From positions 155,294-219,293 of the forward strand of contig JAHPZJ010000030.1 of NCBI GenBank assembly GCA_019058245.1: a stretch of DNA of 64,000 nt, written 5' to 3'. Under the pieces are notes generated by a model. The model saw nothing but the letters and a program-made list of their open reading frames with translations, ran no database searches and was not told where the DNA came from. The translations under genes were made by a program, and so were the position numbers. Below, in pieces: positions 1-9,281 of the stretch (the first letter of the stretch is position 1; every line of letters starts with the position of its first letter). The DNA comes from Promethearchaeota archaeon. Its GTDB lineage: Archaea; Asgardarchaeota; Lokiarchaeia; Sigyniarchaeales; SOKP01.

Positions 1-114
1 TCTAATTTTTTAGATGAACCAATTTTTAGAGCTGTAATAGGAATAACAGATTTGATTCTGATTATTTCTGGGGCTTATTTAATGTATATCGGTGTAGGAC
101 GTCAATTAGAGTGA
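1..114 (+). CDS. 3' end of a gene entering from the left edge (hydrophobic C-terminal fragment, 37 codons, stop TGA 112-114)
   Basis: Frame 1 is open from base 1: SNFLDEPIFRAVIGITDLILIISGAYLMYIGVGRQLE*. It is absent from the ORF track because no start lies in the window. The same frame stays open for 66 more codons after the TGA (see finding). Confidence 0.35.
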   Translation, partial: SNFLDEPIFRAVIGITDLILIISGAYLMYIGVGRQLE

Positions 115-627
115 ATAAATTTAGAGCATATTATAGCGCCATTATCTGCGGGAACACATCATATAAAATTTTTATTGTGGTCAGAGGGAAAAGTAGCCCA
201 AGACCTTAAGTTTATAGCTTCATCTCCCACAACAAGTCGCACTTATAATATAAATCGTATGTTAATTGTACAAGAAAATGTTCACTGTCAATTATTCGCT
301 CCAATAGGTTCTTAAAGAATCCAGCTTAATAATCAATAATATAAATTTTTTATTTATTTAGCCTTCTCTAACCTAAATTATTGTCGTTATCTTTGAATAG
401 AAAATTCTATTATTTTTAATTTTTATTTCTTTTTTATTTAAATAATAATTTATAGAAACACTTTAAGTGTTTGACTAATTCATTTTTAAGGTCTTTGTTG
501 TACTATTAAAACGAATTATCTCCAGAAATGAATAAATTTAAATACTAAGATTTTGTCGTTTGTTACTGTCATTCTACTAAGGATATACATTCATTATATT
601 ATAAGCTATTTAACTCCATAGTTTAAA

Positions 628-1083
628 ATGCTAATTAGAGAAGCTGGTATAATCTTTCAAGGAATTCCAATTATTTTTACTAGTTATCATAGGGCTAGTA
701 AGGAAAAAACAAATTTAACTTGTTCAAGTGGATTATTAGGTGGACTTCTTAATTTTGCTGAATGCCTAATGGAACCGATAGAATATTTTGAAAGTGATAA
801 ATATTCCATAATTTTTAAAAAAGGAACGATAAGGGATTTCTTTGGGGATCTCCAGGAAATTATTGCTTATATTGTTATAGATAAGGACGAAAGACTTGAA
901 AAATATTTAAATAAAACAATTTTTCCTTTGTTAAAGAAAATATTAAAAAAATTCATTTCTCATTTTAATGGGTGCAATTTGACTAAATCAAACCAATTTG
1001 AAAGTTTTAAAAATATCCTTGACAAGTTGTTTAATGTTAGTACGTTGACTTTTGAAGAAAGGGTTGTGTCTTTACTAACTTGA
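628..1083 (+). CDS. hypothetical small soluble protein (possibly a longin/roadblock-like alpha/beta regulatory fold)
   Basis: 151-aa ORF with no TM segment. An alternating strand/helix-like pattern (IIFQGIPIIFTSY, LLGGLLNFAE, YSIIFKKG, IIAYIVID) resembles small alpha/beta regulatory domains. The fold guess is by eye only. Confidence 0.4.
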   Translation: MLIREAGIIFQGIPIIFTSYHRASKEKTNLTCSSGLLGGLLNFAECLMEPIEYFESDKYSIIFKKGTIRDFFGDLQEIIAYIVIDKDERLEKYLNKTIFPLLKKILKKFISHFNGCNLTKSNQFESFKNILDKLFNVSTLTFEERVVSLLT

Positions 1084-1135
1084 ATATTACTCTAACTTAA
1101 GTAATAATATACAATAAGACGAAGTATCTAAAATT

Positions 1136-2236
1136 TTAATTTTGAAATTGTTGCTTTATTCTATTGAAAAGTGGTTTATTTCTATCTATACAGTTTACAT
1201 CTGATAATTTCCAATTTCCATTAGGATAATAGACTAAAATAGTTGAATCAAATAATTTCCAATTTATATTATTAAACCCAATATCATAACCCACCACTTT
1301 AAATCCTTTTTTCAAAGCAAGAGACATTGAGTTTATTCCATTATCTGTAGTTGGAATGTTCCATAGAATTATTCTCCAATTTTTATATCTCTTTAATAAA
1401 TTGTTAAGAGATTTTTCGTTAATATAACCATATAATTTCAAATTCGCCATATAATAATCTTTAGAGACACCATAGAGTTCATAACTTTTGCTCGTATCTA
1501 CTTTTTTAGTAATTAAGGTATCACATTTCATCTTCTTAGATTGATCCTTAATAAATTCATAAGTAGAGATTATATATTCATTATCTAATAGAAAAACAGT
1601 ATTATCCCTTTTTTTCCATAAATTTTTAAAAATTATTGAATATAATATGGCAGATTCTTCTATTTGGGGGGGACTTGGATTGTTATCATTTAATTCAATA
1701 TACCTTTTATCTCCAAAATTGATATACGAAGGAATTATACTTTGTAATATTGCCCCGGCATTTTGAGCAGCGATTTGAACATTAGCCTTAGGACCACGAA
1801 CCTCAGTATCAACCCTCAATACATTTTTAAAACGTGGCATTTTTAAGATAGTTATAAGTCCTGCTCCTACTATTCTTGTAGTAATTCCTTGACCTTGAAA
1901 ATCTTTCCTTACTATCAAACTACCAGCATGACCGATATATCTCTCTTTTTCAACTAAAGCACAACCAACAGTTACTTTGTTTTCTAATAAATCACATAGA
2001 ACCCATAATTTATTTGGATTTACGATATCTTTTTTTAAAAGTTCAATATCATAGACAATAGGATTAATGTAATTATAATTATATACTTCTCTAAACATAG
2101 ATGAGATATTTTTTGCATCTTTTAGGGTGGCAAATCTTATTCCATATTCATTTTCACCTTTAAGAATGAATTTTTGAAAATATCTCTCTTTCTCTTTTTT
2201 TGCGTTTTTTAACTCTATTTTACTAATTGCAGCCAC
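1136..2236 (-). CDS. GNAT-family N-acetyltransferase with an extra C-terminal domain
   Basis: 366-aa ORF. The GNAT acetyl-CoA motif A (Q/RxxGxG/A) is present as VRKDFQGQGITTRIVGAGL. About 180 aa at the C terminus are unassigned. Confidence 0.7.
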   Translation of the reverse strand: MAAISKIELKNAKKEKERYFQKFILKGENEYGIRFATLKDAKNISSMFREVYNYNYINPIVYDIELLKKDIVNPNKLWVLCDLLENKVTVGCALVEKERYIGHAGSLIVRKDFQGQGITTRIVGAGLITILKMPRFKNVLRVDTEVRGPKANVQIAAQNAGAILQSIIPSYINFGDKRYIELNDNNPSPPQIEESAILYSIIFKNLWKKRDNTVFLLDNEYIISTYEFIKDQSKKMKCDTLITKKVDTSKSYELYGVSKDYYMANLKLYGYINEKSLNNLLKRYKNWRIILWNIPTTDNGINSMSLALKKGFKVVGYDIGFNNINWKLFDSTILVYYPNGNWKLSDVNCIDRNKPLFNRIKQQFQN

Positions 2237-2403
2237 TGTACTAATCCCCTTGCCTTTATCGACAAAAATTTGGTTAAGTAATTGTTTTTAATAAGATATT
2301 TAAAATTTTCTAAAATTTCATAGGAAAAAAAAGAAAATTTGTCAAGATATAAAATGATTAGATTTATGAAAAGTCAATCTCTTTAAATTAGAGAAGTATT
2401 TTA

Positions 2404-3078
2404 TCATAATTTTAATTTGGCACCAATTCCGTTATACATAAGATAACCCCAAAGTATTACTGAAACAGAAAGAATACTAATTAATATTCTAAAATTATAA
2501 TCTTTTACCGGATCCAAGAGATTATATACACACAACGAATAAAAAATATAAGCCACTCCTAAAAAACCCACTAAATGATATTTCCACTTTTTTTTTAATG
2601 CACTTGATTCGAACTGAAAATAGATTTTAAAATTTGTATAAATAACTGGAATATTTGTAAAACAGCTTATTACTGTAATTACATACATAAAAAAAATCAA
2701 ACCCCATTTAGGTGCTCCATTAATTATTTGAATTCCCAAAAATGGTTCTAATGAATTATCAAGAATTTCTCCTAGCAGAACTAGTATTATCATACCTGCT
2801 AATAACACAGTTCCATATAGTAAAATAAATTTCAATTGTCGTTTAACAGAATAAACGAGAGTTGATTCTAGTATTATCATATTTACAATAAGAAGAAAAA
2901 TTGGACCTAAAAAAAAAAAGTAATTAGTCAAGAAATTTAGAATTAAAATTGCTAATCTATTACTTATACCAGCATATACCATATTTAAAACAAAACCAAT
3001 TGAATAACAAATAAAAAATCCACTAGCAACAATATTTAGCCGTTGTCTATTTCTTTTTAGAATTTTATAAGCTATCAT
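2404..3078 (-). CDS. hypothetical polytopic membrane protein (about 7 hydrophobic segments)
   Basis: 224-aa ORF, hydrophobic almost throughout. The frame stays open and hydrophobic for about 34 codons upstream of the ATG without a canonical start, so the true start is uncertain. Confidence 0.5.
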   Translation of the reverse strand: MIAYKILKRNRQRLNIVASGFFICYSIGFVLNMVYAGISNRLAILILNFLTNYFFFLGPIFLLIVNMIILESTLVYSVKRQLKFILLYGTVLLAGMIILVLLGEILDNSLEPFLGIQIINGAPKWGLIFFMYVITVISCFTNIPVIYTNFKIYFQFESSALKKKWKYHLVGFLGVAYIFYSLCVYNLLDPVKDYNFRILISILSVSVILWGYLMYNGIGAKLKL

Positions 3079-3378
3079 TGAAAAATAGACAAATGAAATA
3101 GTAAAAACTATATAAATTATTATAGTTCTTGTAAGATCAATCTGAAAAAATACTATTATGTTGCACCAAATATTTGTTAATTAGTTATTTATTTTAGAAT
3201 TCTTTTTTCGTCTATAAATAAATTTCTTATTAATTTATTACAAATAATTATTTGACAATAATGTTATGATAAAAAAATGGCTCTGTTTTCAAAATAATTA
3301 AATTAACTAAATATAAATTCTCTTTTACTTTATAAAAATTAGAGAAAATTAATTAGTATTTAAAAAGCAAAACTAATT

Positions 3379-3954
3379 TTACATAAAACTTAATTTCTTT
3401 AATCTAAGAGGAATATCCCATTGTTTCAAGAATTTTACAACACTATAAGGTAAAAATTGTTCCCATTCCTTATCTTGAATTATAGCTTCACGAATATCAC
3501 TTGAGCTTAACCCTTTCTTCTCAGGCGTAACTTCCCATAGAATGTGAATTTTCAATCCTAATAACTCAAATTTTTTTTTTTTTTCTCTACCCCAATCATC
3601 ATAAATTGTGAGAAAGAATACCGCGTCTATTGGTACATAGTATTTAATTAGTTCTGGTACATTTATAGGGAATGGGACAATAGAAAAATCAGTAAAGTGT
3701 AAGTTTTGTTCTAAAAGAGCTTCTTGTAACATTCTATAACGTTCATAGTATGTTAAGGGATTGGCAATAGGGGTACTCCTATGAGGATTTGTCTCTGAAT
3801 CTCTGGTTAGGGAAGGATCCGGATTGGTAATACCTACTATAAGATGGTTGCATAATTGTTTTCCTGCTAAGAGGTATTTTATATGATCATTATGTAAAAT
3901 TTGGAATCTTCCATGAATCACGCCAATATCGTATTTAGGTTCTTTACTATCCAT
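3379..3954 (-). CDS. cytidylyltransferase-fold nucleotidyltransferase, NMN/NaMN adenylyltransferase-like (NadM-like)
   Basis: 191-aa ORF. The HxGH-type motif GVIHGRFQILHNDH resembles GRFQPxHxGH of archaeal NMNATs. A C-terminal ISxxxxR-like motif is present as LSSSDIREA. pncB lies 5 kb away. Confidence 0.6.
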   Translation of the reverse strand: MDSKEPKYDIGVIHGRFQILHNDHIKYLLAGKQLCNHLIVGITNPDPSLTRDSETNPHRSTPIANPLTYYERYRMLQEALLEQNLHFTDFSIVPFPINVPELIKYYVPIDAVFFLTIYDDWGREKKKKFELLGLKIHILWEVTPEKKGLSSSDIREAIIQDKEWEQFLPYSVVKFLKQWDIPLRLKKLSFM

Positions 3955-4146
3955 TTTATTTATAATTTATAGATAGATTATTGTAAGTTAAATAATTCAA
4001 AAACCATTATAATGTTTTTTTTATTATTATGATTTCTAGTTACCTTTTTAGTACTTCGAACAGTTAAAAAGCTGGTTACGATTTAAAATTATTAAATGAC
4101 AAATTATTTTTAAATAAAAGAAAGAAAGTATAATCAAATAAAGAGT

Positions 4147-4614
4147 TTAAATATAGTATCCCGTGTTATCTTCTTTATATTTATCCTTGTCGTCATCCTT
4201 GTCATCATCATCATTTCCTAGCAATTTTTTATAGAAATATTTCATCATTTTCTCAGGATCACCTTCAAAATCTTTAAGATCTTTTAAATCACGAGGATCA
4301 ATTCGTATAATACCCCCTTTTTTCAAGGGAATAATTTTATTACGAAATGTTTTTTCCATTCTTTCTTGTTCTCTCTCATTTTGAAGTAGTTCTTTTTTCA
4401 TTAAATCTTTCAATTCATTTACGACAAGTTTATCCAAATAACTCGGATCAAATTCAAGAAGTTCTTCTGTACTGTAGAATTTACTAATTCTTTTAATAGC
4501 TCTATCTTTTTTGAATTCAGGGATTTGACTAATGCTTTCAAGATTGAGCAATGATAAAATATTTAACCAATCAAGTTTAGTAGTCCAACAGTATTGTTTA
4601 TCGTCTTCTTCCAT
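4147..4614 (-). CDS. hypothetical protein with an acidic D/K-rich C-terminal tail
   Basis: 155-aa ORF, charged and helical-looking, ending in GNDDDDKDDDKDKYKEDNTGYYI. No motif recognised. Confidence 0.45.
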   Translation of the reverse strand: MEEDDKQYCWTTKLDWLNILSLLNLESISQIPEFKKDRAIKRISKFYSTEELLEFDPSYLDKLVVNELKDLMKKELLQNEREQERMEKTFRNKIIPLKKGGIIRIDPRDLKDLKDFEGDPEKMMKYFYKKLLGNDDDDKDDDKDKYKEDNTGYYI

Positions 4615-4832
4615 TTTTAATACAATTTTTTAGCTAATTGATAAAATGCATTGAATAAAATAAACTTTTTTTAAAAAATACTATTTTGCAAACAACAATA
4701 GAACTTAATAAATTTATTTATTTTAGTATATAATTTTCAGAGATAATGTAATTCATAAATCGCTTGCTCCTTTTTGAATTATTGAACAGAGATTTTTTGA
4801 TTATAAAATAAAAGGAATAATTATAAGAAAAA

Positions 4833-5669
4833 CTAACTCCGGATGAAATCTAGAATTTTTGAAGCTACAAACTCAGGAGCATCATGAGTAATCCAATGAG
4901 TAGATTTTTCATGTTTTTCTATTCGCAAATCCTTGACATAATCAGATAATCCTTCCAATAATTGTGGTCTTAGCGCTAGATCCTTCATACCCCAGAGAAC
5001 TAAGGTTGGAACTTCAATTATTCCAGTCCAATCACTATAATCATTTTTTGCTCTATAATAATTCACCCCTCCTAATATTGCCCCCGGTTGAGACCATGCT
5101 TCAATATATTTCTTCTTATCTAATTCACTAAAATTATCATTGAAGACTACACTTTTCAATGCTTTATAGTTATTTTCTATTAAATACTTCTCACCATTTA
5201 GTTGTTGAAATCTTAAAATATAAGAACTTGCTTTTTGTTGCTCTTTACTTGTTCTTAGAATTTGTGCGAATATTTTATTGTGTGGAGCATTTAATATAAT
5301 TAATTTTTCTAAAAGTTCTGGATATTTTTCAGCAAATAACCAAGATATTACTCCTCCCCAATCATGTCCTGCTAATGAAAATTTTCCTAATTTTAACTTT
5401 TCGCTTAAACCTTTAATGTCCTCTAATATAATTTCTGTTTTATAATTTTCAGCACCCTCTGGTTTATCAGACAAATTATATCCTCTCATATCAGGGATTA
5501 CTAATTTAAAGTTGTCCTTAAGGAGAGGAATAATTCTTGACCAACAATACCAGAATTCTGGAAATCCATGTAATAAGATCAGCGGCTTTCTAGATCCAGC
5601 AATTATAGTATGAAGTTTTATCCCATTAGTTTCAATATATTTCTCTTCTATTCCATTTAGGATTGTCAT
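4833..5669 (-). CDS. alpha/beta-fold hydrolase, epoxide-hydrolase/haloalkane-dehalogenase-like
   Basis: 278-aa ORF. It has the HGFPEFWYCW N-terminal motif, a nucleophile elbow GHDWGG (Asp nucleophile type) and a C-terminal His in STHWITHD. Confidence 0.75.
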   Translation of the reverse strand: MTILNGIEEKYIETNGIKLHTIIAGSRKPLILLHGFPEFWYCWSRIIPLLKDNFKLVIPDMRGYNLSDKPEGAENYKTEIILEDIKGLSEKLKLGKFSLAGHDWGGVISWLFAEKYPELLEKLIILNAPHNKIFAQILRTSKEQQKASSYILRFQQLNGEKYLIENNYKALKSVVFNDNFSELDKKKYIEAWSQPGAILGGVNYYRAKNDYSDWTGIIEVPTLVLWGMKDLALRPQLLEGLSDYVKDLRIEKHEKSTHWITHDAPEFVASKILDFIRS

Positions 5670-5783
5670 AGTTGTTAAAATGTAAACAATTATTAAATAT
5701 TTAATGAAATAGGATTAAGTTAAGGATAAATAAATTGAAAATAAGAGAAGAGTTAGAAATTCTAATCAATAAATATATTGATT

Positions 5784-5999
5784 TTAGAATTCGAAATAAT
5801 TCAAAAATGATTCTTTAAAATCCTTTATATATGAATTGTCAATTTCACCGAATTTATAGTGTCCATGTGGTAATTTAACCTTTCCTGAAAGGTATTTTTT
5901 TAAGGCAAGTTCATAATCATTAATCGCTAAACTATTTTGTTCAGCGAACTTGATTTCACCAAAATATTTTATTAAGAAATCTGGTTCAAATATAATCAC
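5784..5999 (-). CDS. hypothetical small protein
   Basis: 71-aa ORF from the track with no recognisable motif. Coding status is unproven. Confidence 0.3.
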   Translation of the reverse strand: MIIFEPDFLIKYFGEIKFAEQNSLAINDYELALKKYLSGKVKLPHGHYKFGEIDNSYIKDFKESFLNYFEF

Positions 6000-6148
6000 T
6001 TTAGCAAGTTCACCATTATTAAGTATTATTCAAATGTTTTTTTAATTAAATAGTTATTTCGATTATTAAAGATAGGTAAGTATATAAATCTTTTCCTACA
6101 CTTACAATGGATAAAGTTACTTAGTTTTCACCGAATCCTCATTCACTG

Positions 6149-6162
6149 AATGAACGTTCATT
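6149..6162. promoter_or_regulatory. perfect 14-bp palindrome AATGAACGTTCATT, candidate TetR-type operator
   Basis: The sequence is its own reverse complement. It is relatively GC-containing inside an AT-rich divergent intergenic region, 325 bp upstream of the TetR gene and 150 bp upstream of the 71-aa ORF. Confidence 0.25.
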
Positions 6163-6487
6163 TATTAAGTTCTTATCTTTATTATACAAGAAAATAATAG
6201 AAAAAGATAAGATTTTAATACTATTTTAATAATTTGATACATTGAATAAATTTCTAAAATAGTTTCTTTTTATTAATTCCTTATTTTATTTTTATGATTT
6301 TACGTCTTAGGGGTAATATTCAATAAATAAAGAAAAAAAAACTCCAGAACTCTAAGATGCGTGATAGAACAATTTAAATTGAAAATTAAAAAGTAATAAA
6401 TTATAACATAATTTCTTAAAATGTAATAATAATTTTAATGAATTTTGATATAATATAAACTATTTATTATTTTTGAGTTGACTAGAA

Positions 6488-7102
6488 TTGTCGGTGAGGG
6501 CTAGAAAATCTGAAATTATTAAAAAAGAAAAACGCAATTTGTTTATTATATCTTCTCTCTCAGTTTTTGAAGAGAAAGGATTTAATAACGCTCGTATAAA
6601 AGATATCACAAAAAAGGCAGGAACGTCTGTAGGGAACTTCTATAATTATTTTAAAAGTAAAGAGGATGTTATCGAAGTTATAATTAGTGGACTAACTGAG
6701 CTTATGGTTAATAAATTTAAAAGATTATTTATTTATTTTCAGGAAAATAGATTTCCCCCTATTTCTGCGGTCAAGAATCTTTTTCGAGGATATGCTAAAA
6801 TGTTTAAAGAAAAAAAAGAAAGTTTTTTAATTTTCTTTGAGCAGATGGGAGGAATGGATCAGAAATATCGAGACAAAAGAAATGAGATTCTTGACAATTT
6901 TACAAATGAAGTAGAAAAACTTATCTTGAGACTTATAGAATTTGGAGCTCGTAATCAAAATCCTAAAATAACGGCAAGAATCTGGACCTCTACGGTACTT
7001 GGAGTTTTTATTTGGTGGATTCGGAGTGATTTTGAAATTGAAGAAGAAGAACTTATAGAAAATTTAACAGAAGTACTTGTTAAAGGGACTATGTCAAATT
7101 AA
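6488..7102 (+). CDS. TetR/AcrR-family transcriptional regulator
   Basis: 204-aa ORF with a TTG start. The N-terminal HTH KDITKKAGTSVGNFYNYFKSKEDV is typical of TetR, followed by a helical ligand-domain-sized C terminus. Confidence 0.8.
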   Translation: MSVRARKSEIIKKEKRNLFIISSLSVFEEKGFNNARIKDITKKAGTSVGNFYNYFKSKEDVIEVIISGLTELMVNKFKRLFIYFQENRFPPISAVKNLFRGYAKMFKEKKESFLIFFEQMGGMDQKYRDKRNEILDNFTNEVEKLILRLIEFGARNQNPKITARIWTSTVLGVFIWWIRSDFEIEEEELIENLTEVLVKGTMSN

Positions 7103-7276
7103 TTATTTTCAAGATATTCTTTTTTTTGATTTAAAATATTTATTTTGGATATTTTTATATTTTTAGTAGGAGTCTTAATATTCTAAAAATAGTCTTACAA
7201 TAGTTATAATTATAAACAATAAATTTAATTAATACTTGGAGAATTCACATTTTAAAATTATAGGGCTTAAAATTAA

Positions 7277-8224
7277 ATGAATAGAGAAATTGATGATAGA
7301 ACTTACTTGAATTTTCTTTTACAATCTTTAAATGTTGATGATTTGAAACAAATTTGCCGAGATTTTGAGATAAAAGGATTTTCAAAATTCAAGAAATCTG
7401 AGTTAATTGATTATATACTTGATTCATTAGCAGAAGAAGAGTTTAAAGATCTTATACAAAAAAAAGAACTTGAAATTGTAACTGAAGGAATCAATTTAGC
7501 TTTTAAAAAGATTAATGGGGAAGATAGAGAAAGTATTTTAGAAATTAAAATTGTAAATCCTGATAAACATGAAATAGAATTGTTGTTTAAAGGTTTTAGT
7601 TGGGAAGTTCAATCATACTTATCTATTACTCCAAAAAATATTCAAAATCCTGAACGTGATTGTGATTGTCGAATAGGGGCAAATATGGGATTCTGCAGTC
7701 ATTTTTGGATAGGTTTTATCTATTCATTAAAACAGAAATGGTTTAGACTAAAAGATTGGTCTCTAACAGCTCTACCTAATGATTTTGAAGAAAAAATTAC
7801 GTCAATTAAATTAGCTGAAAGTCATATAGGCGAAAAAGGAGATAAAATAAAGGAATCAGTAATATTAATCGATGAATCCTCATCAAGAGTGGAACTCATG
7901 AGTTATTTAAACACATCAATAACTGTATATGAATGCGAAATAACAGATATTCTTGAAAGAGAATCTGACTTTCAGGGGAATATCACGAAGTTTTTTATAG
8001 TTTCGCTTAAAGATTTGAATATTGGTCCAAAATTGAAAAAAAAAAGCGATTTCACTGAAAAAGATATTAAGAATGTTGAAAATTTGAAAGTGAGAATATC
8101 TGAAAAAATTCAATATGAAAATAATTTAATAAACGGAGATAAGATTAATTTCAGTGGAAAGTTAGTAAAAGATAATTATTTAGGGTTTATAATCAAGAAT
8201 GTTCGAAAGGTTTCGAGGATATAA
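7277..8224 (+). CDS. SAP/Rho-N-like plus SWIM zinc-finger protein
   Basis: 315-aa ORF. The N-terminal helix pair LNVDDLKQICRDFEIKGFSKFKKSELIDYIL is SAP/Rho_N-like. The SWIM signature CxCx8CxH is present as CDCRIGANMGFCSH. The C-terminal beta-rich part is unassigned. Confidence 0.6.
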   Translation: MNREIDDRTYLNFLLQSLNVDDLKQICRDFEIKGFSKFKKSELIDYILDSLAEEEFKDLIQKKELEIVTEGINLAFKKINGEDRESILEIKIVNPDKHEIELLFKGFSWEVQSYLSITPKNIQNPERDCDCRIGANMGFCSHFWIGFIYSLKQKWFRLKDWSLTALPNDFEEKITSIKLAESHIGEKGDKIKESVILIDESSSRVELMSYLNTSITVYECEITDILERESDFQGNITKFFIVSLKDLNIGPKLKKKSDFTEKDIKNVENLKVRISEKIQYENNLINGDKINFSGKLVKDNYLGFIIKNVRKVSRI

Positions 8225-8382
8225 TTTATTATTAAATATTTTTTTAATATATTTAGCTATAAAATTGCCCTCCTTAGGAGATTATTAATATAGGAAGTAG
8301 ATTTTATTAATACTAATTTATTCTCTTATATAAACTCCTTCTATGAAATAAGAGTTTAATATTTAGCTGTGGGATATCAATA

Positions 8383-9264
8383 ATGACTAAAACTATGAAA
8401 TATAAACCTAAAATCATGAAAGAAAAGATCTGTATGATTACAGGAGCTAATTCGGGCATTGGTAAAGCAACTGCTATTGAATTAGCACATCTAGGAGCTA
8501 CATTAATTTTAGTATGTCGTAGTCAAATCCGCGCAGAAAAATCTATAAATGAAATAAAAAAGAAAACTGGGAATGAATCAATTGATTTAATATTAGCTGA
8601 CTTATCTTCTCAGAGAGAGATACATAATCTTGTATCAGAATTTAAAAGTAGATATAATAAATTACATGTGCTAATTAATAATGCTGGAGTAAATCTAAGC
8701 AAACGGATAATGACTATAGATGGGATTGAAGCCACCTTTGCTGTAAACTATTTATCTCAATATATTTTATGTAATTTATTGTTTAATACTTTAAAAAATA
8801 GTGCTCCAGCTAGAATAATAAATGTAGCGTCAAGTTATCAAGCTAAAGCTATTAATTTTGAAGATTTAAATGGAGAAAAACATTATAAACAAATGAAAGC
8901 ATATATGCAATCCAAATTGGCAGTTGTTCTTTTTACTTATGAATTTGCTAGAAGAATTAGGGAAAGTGGAGTTTCAGTGAATTGCTTACATCCTGGAATT
9001 ATAAAAACAAATATAGTACGTAATTTTCGACCTTTCGTTAAATATTTTTACCCTTTGATTGGTTTATTTATGAAAAGTCCTAAGCGTGGAGCTAAAACTT
9101 CGGTTTATTTAGCATCTAATCCTGAAGTTGATGGAATAACTGGACAATACTTTAAAAGAAGAAAAAAAGCAAAATCTGTTAAAATTTCATATGATGTAGC
9201 GTTAGCAGAACAGTTATGGGATGTTAGCGTTCAATTAACTAATGTGGATCTCAAAAATAACTAA
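8383..9264 (+). CDS. short-chain dehydrogenase/reductase (classical SDR)
   Basis: It has TGxxxGIG (ITGANSGIGKAT), NNAG (INNAGV) and the catalytic YxxxK (YMQSK). Several in-frame ATGs mean the true start may be at the MKEKICMITG methionine. Confidence 0.85.
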   Translation: MTKTMKYKPKIMKEKICMITGANSGIGKATAIELAHLGATLILVCRSQIRAEKSINEIKKKTGNESIDLILADLSSQREIHNLVSEFKSRYNKLHVLINNAGVNLSKRIMTIDGIEATFAVNYLSQYILCNLLFNTLKNSAPARIINVASSYQAKAINFEDLNGEKHYKQMKAYMQSKLAVVLFTYEFARRIRESGVSVNCLHPGIIKTNIVRNFRPFVKYFYPLIGLFMKSPKRGAKTSVYLASNPEVDGITGQYFKRRKKAKSVKISYDVALAEQLWDVSVQLTNVDLKNN

Positions 9265-9281
9265 TTTAAATAAAAAAGGGA

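Noticed and set aside
456-472. 17-bp palindrome AAACACTT-T-AAGTGTTT upstream of the 151-aa ORF
   Set aside because: It is a real inverted repeat, but isolated, 155 nt from the nearest start and with no regulator gene nearby. There is too little context to call it a site.
112-627. Selenocysteine reading of the in-frame TGA at 112-114
   Set aside because: No Cys/Sec redox motif surrounds the TGA. I see no GC-rich stem-loop with a SECIS-like internal loop in the 3' region 316-627. A nonsense mutation, sequencing error or readthrough seems more likely, so it is kept only as a low-priority finding.
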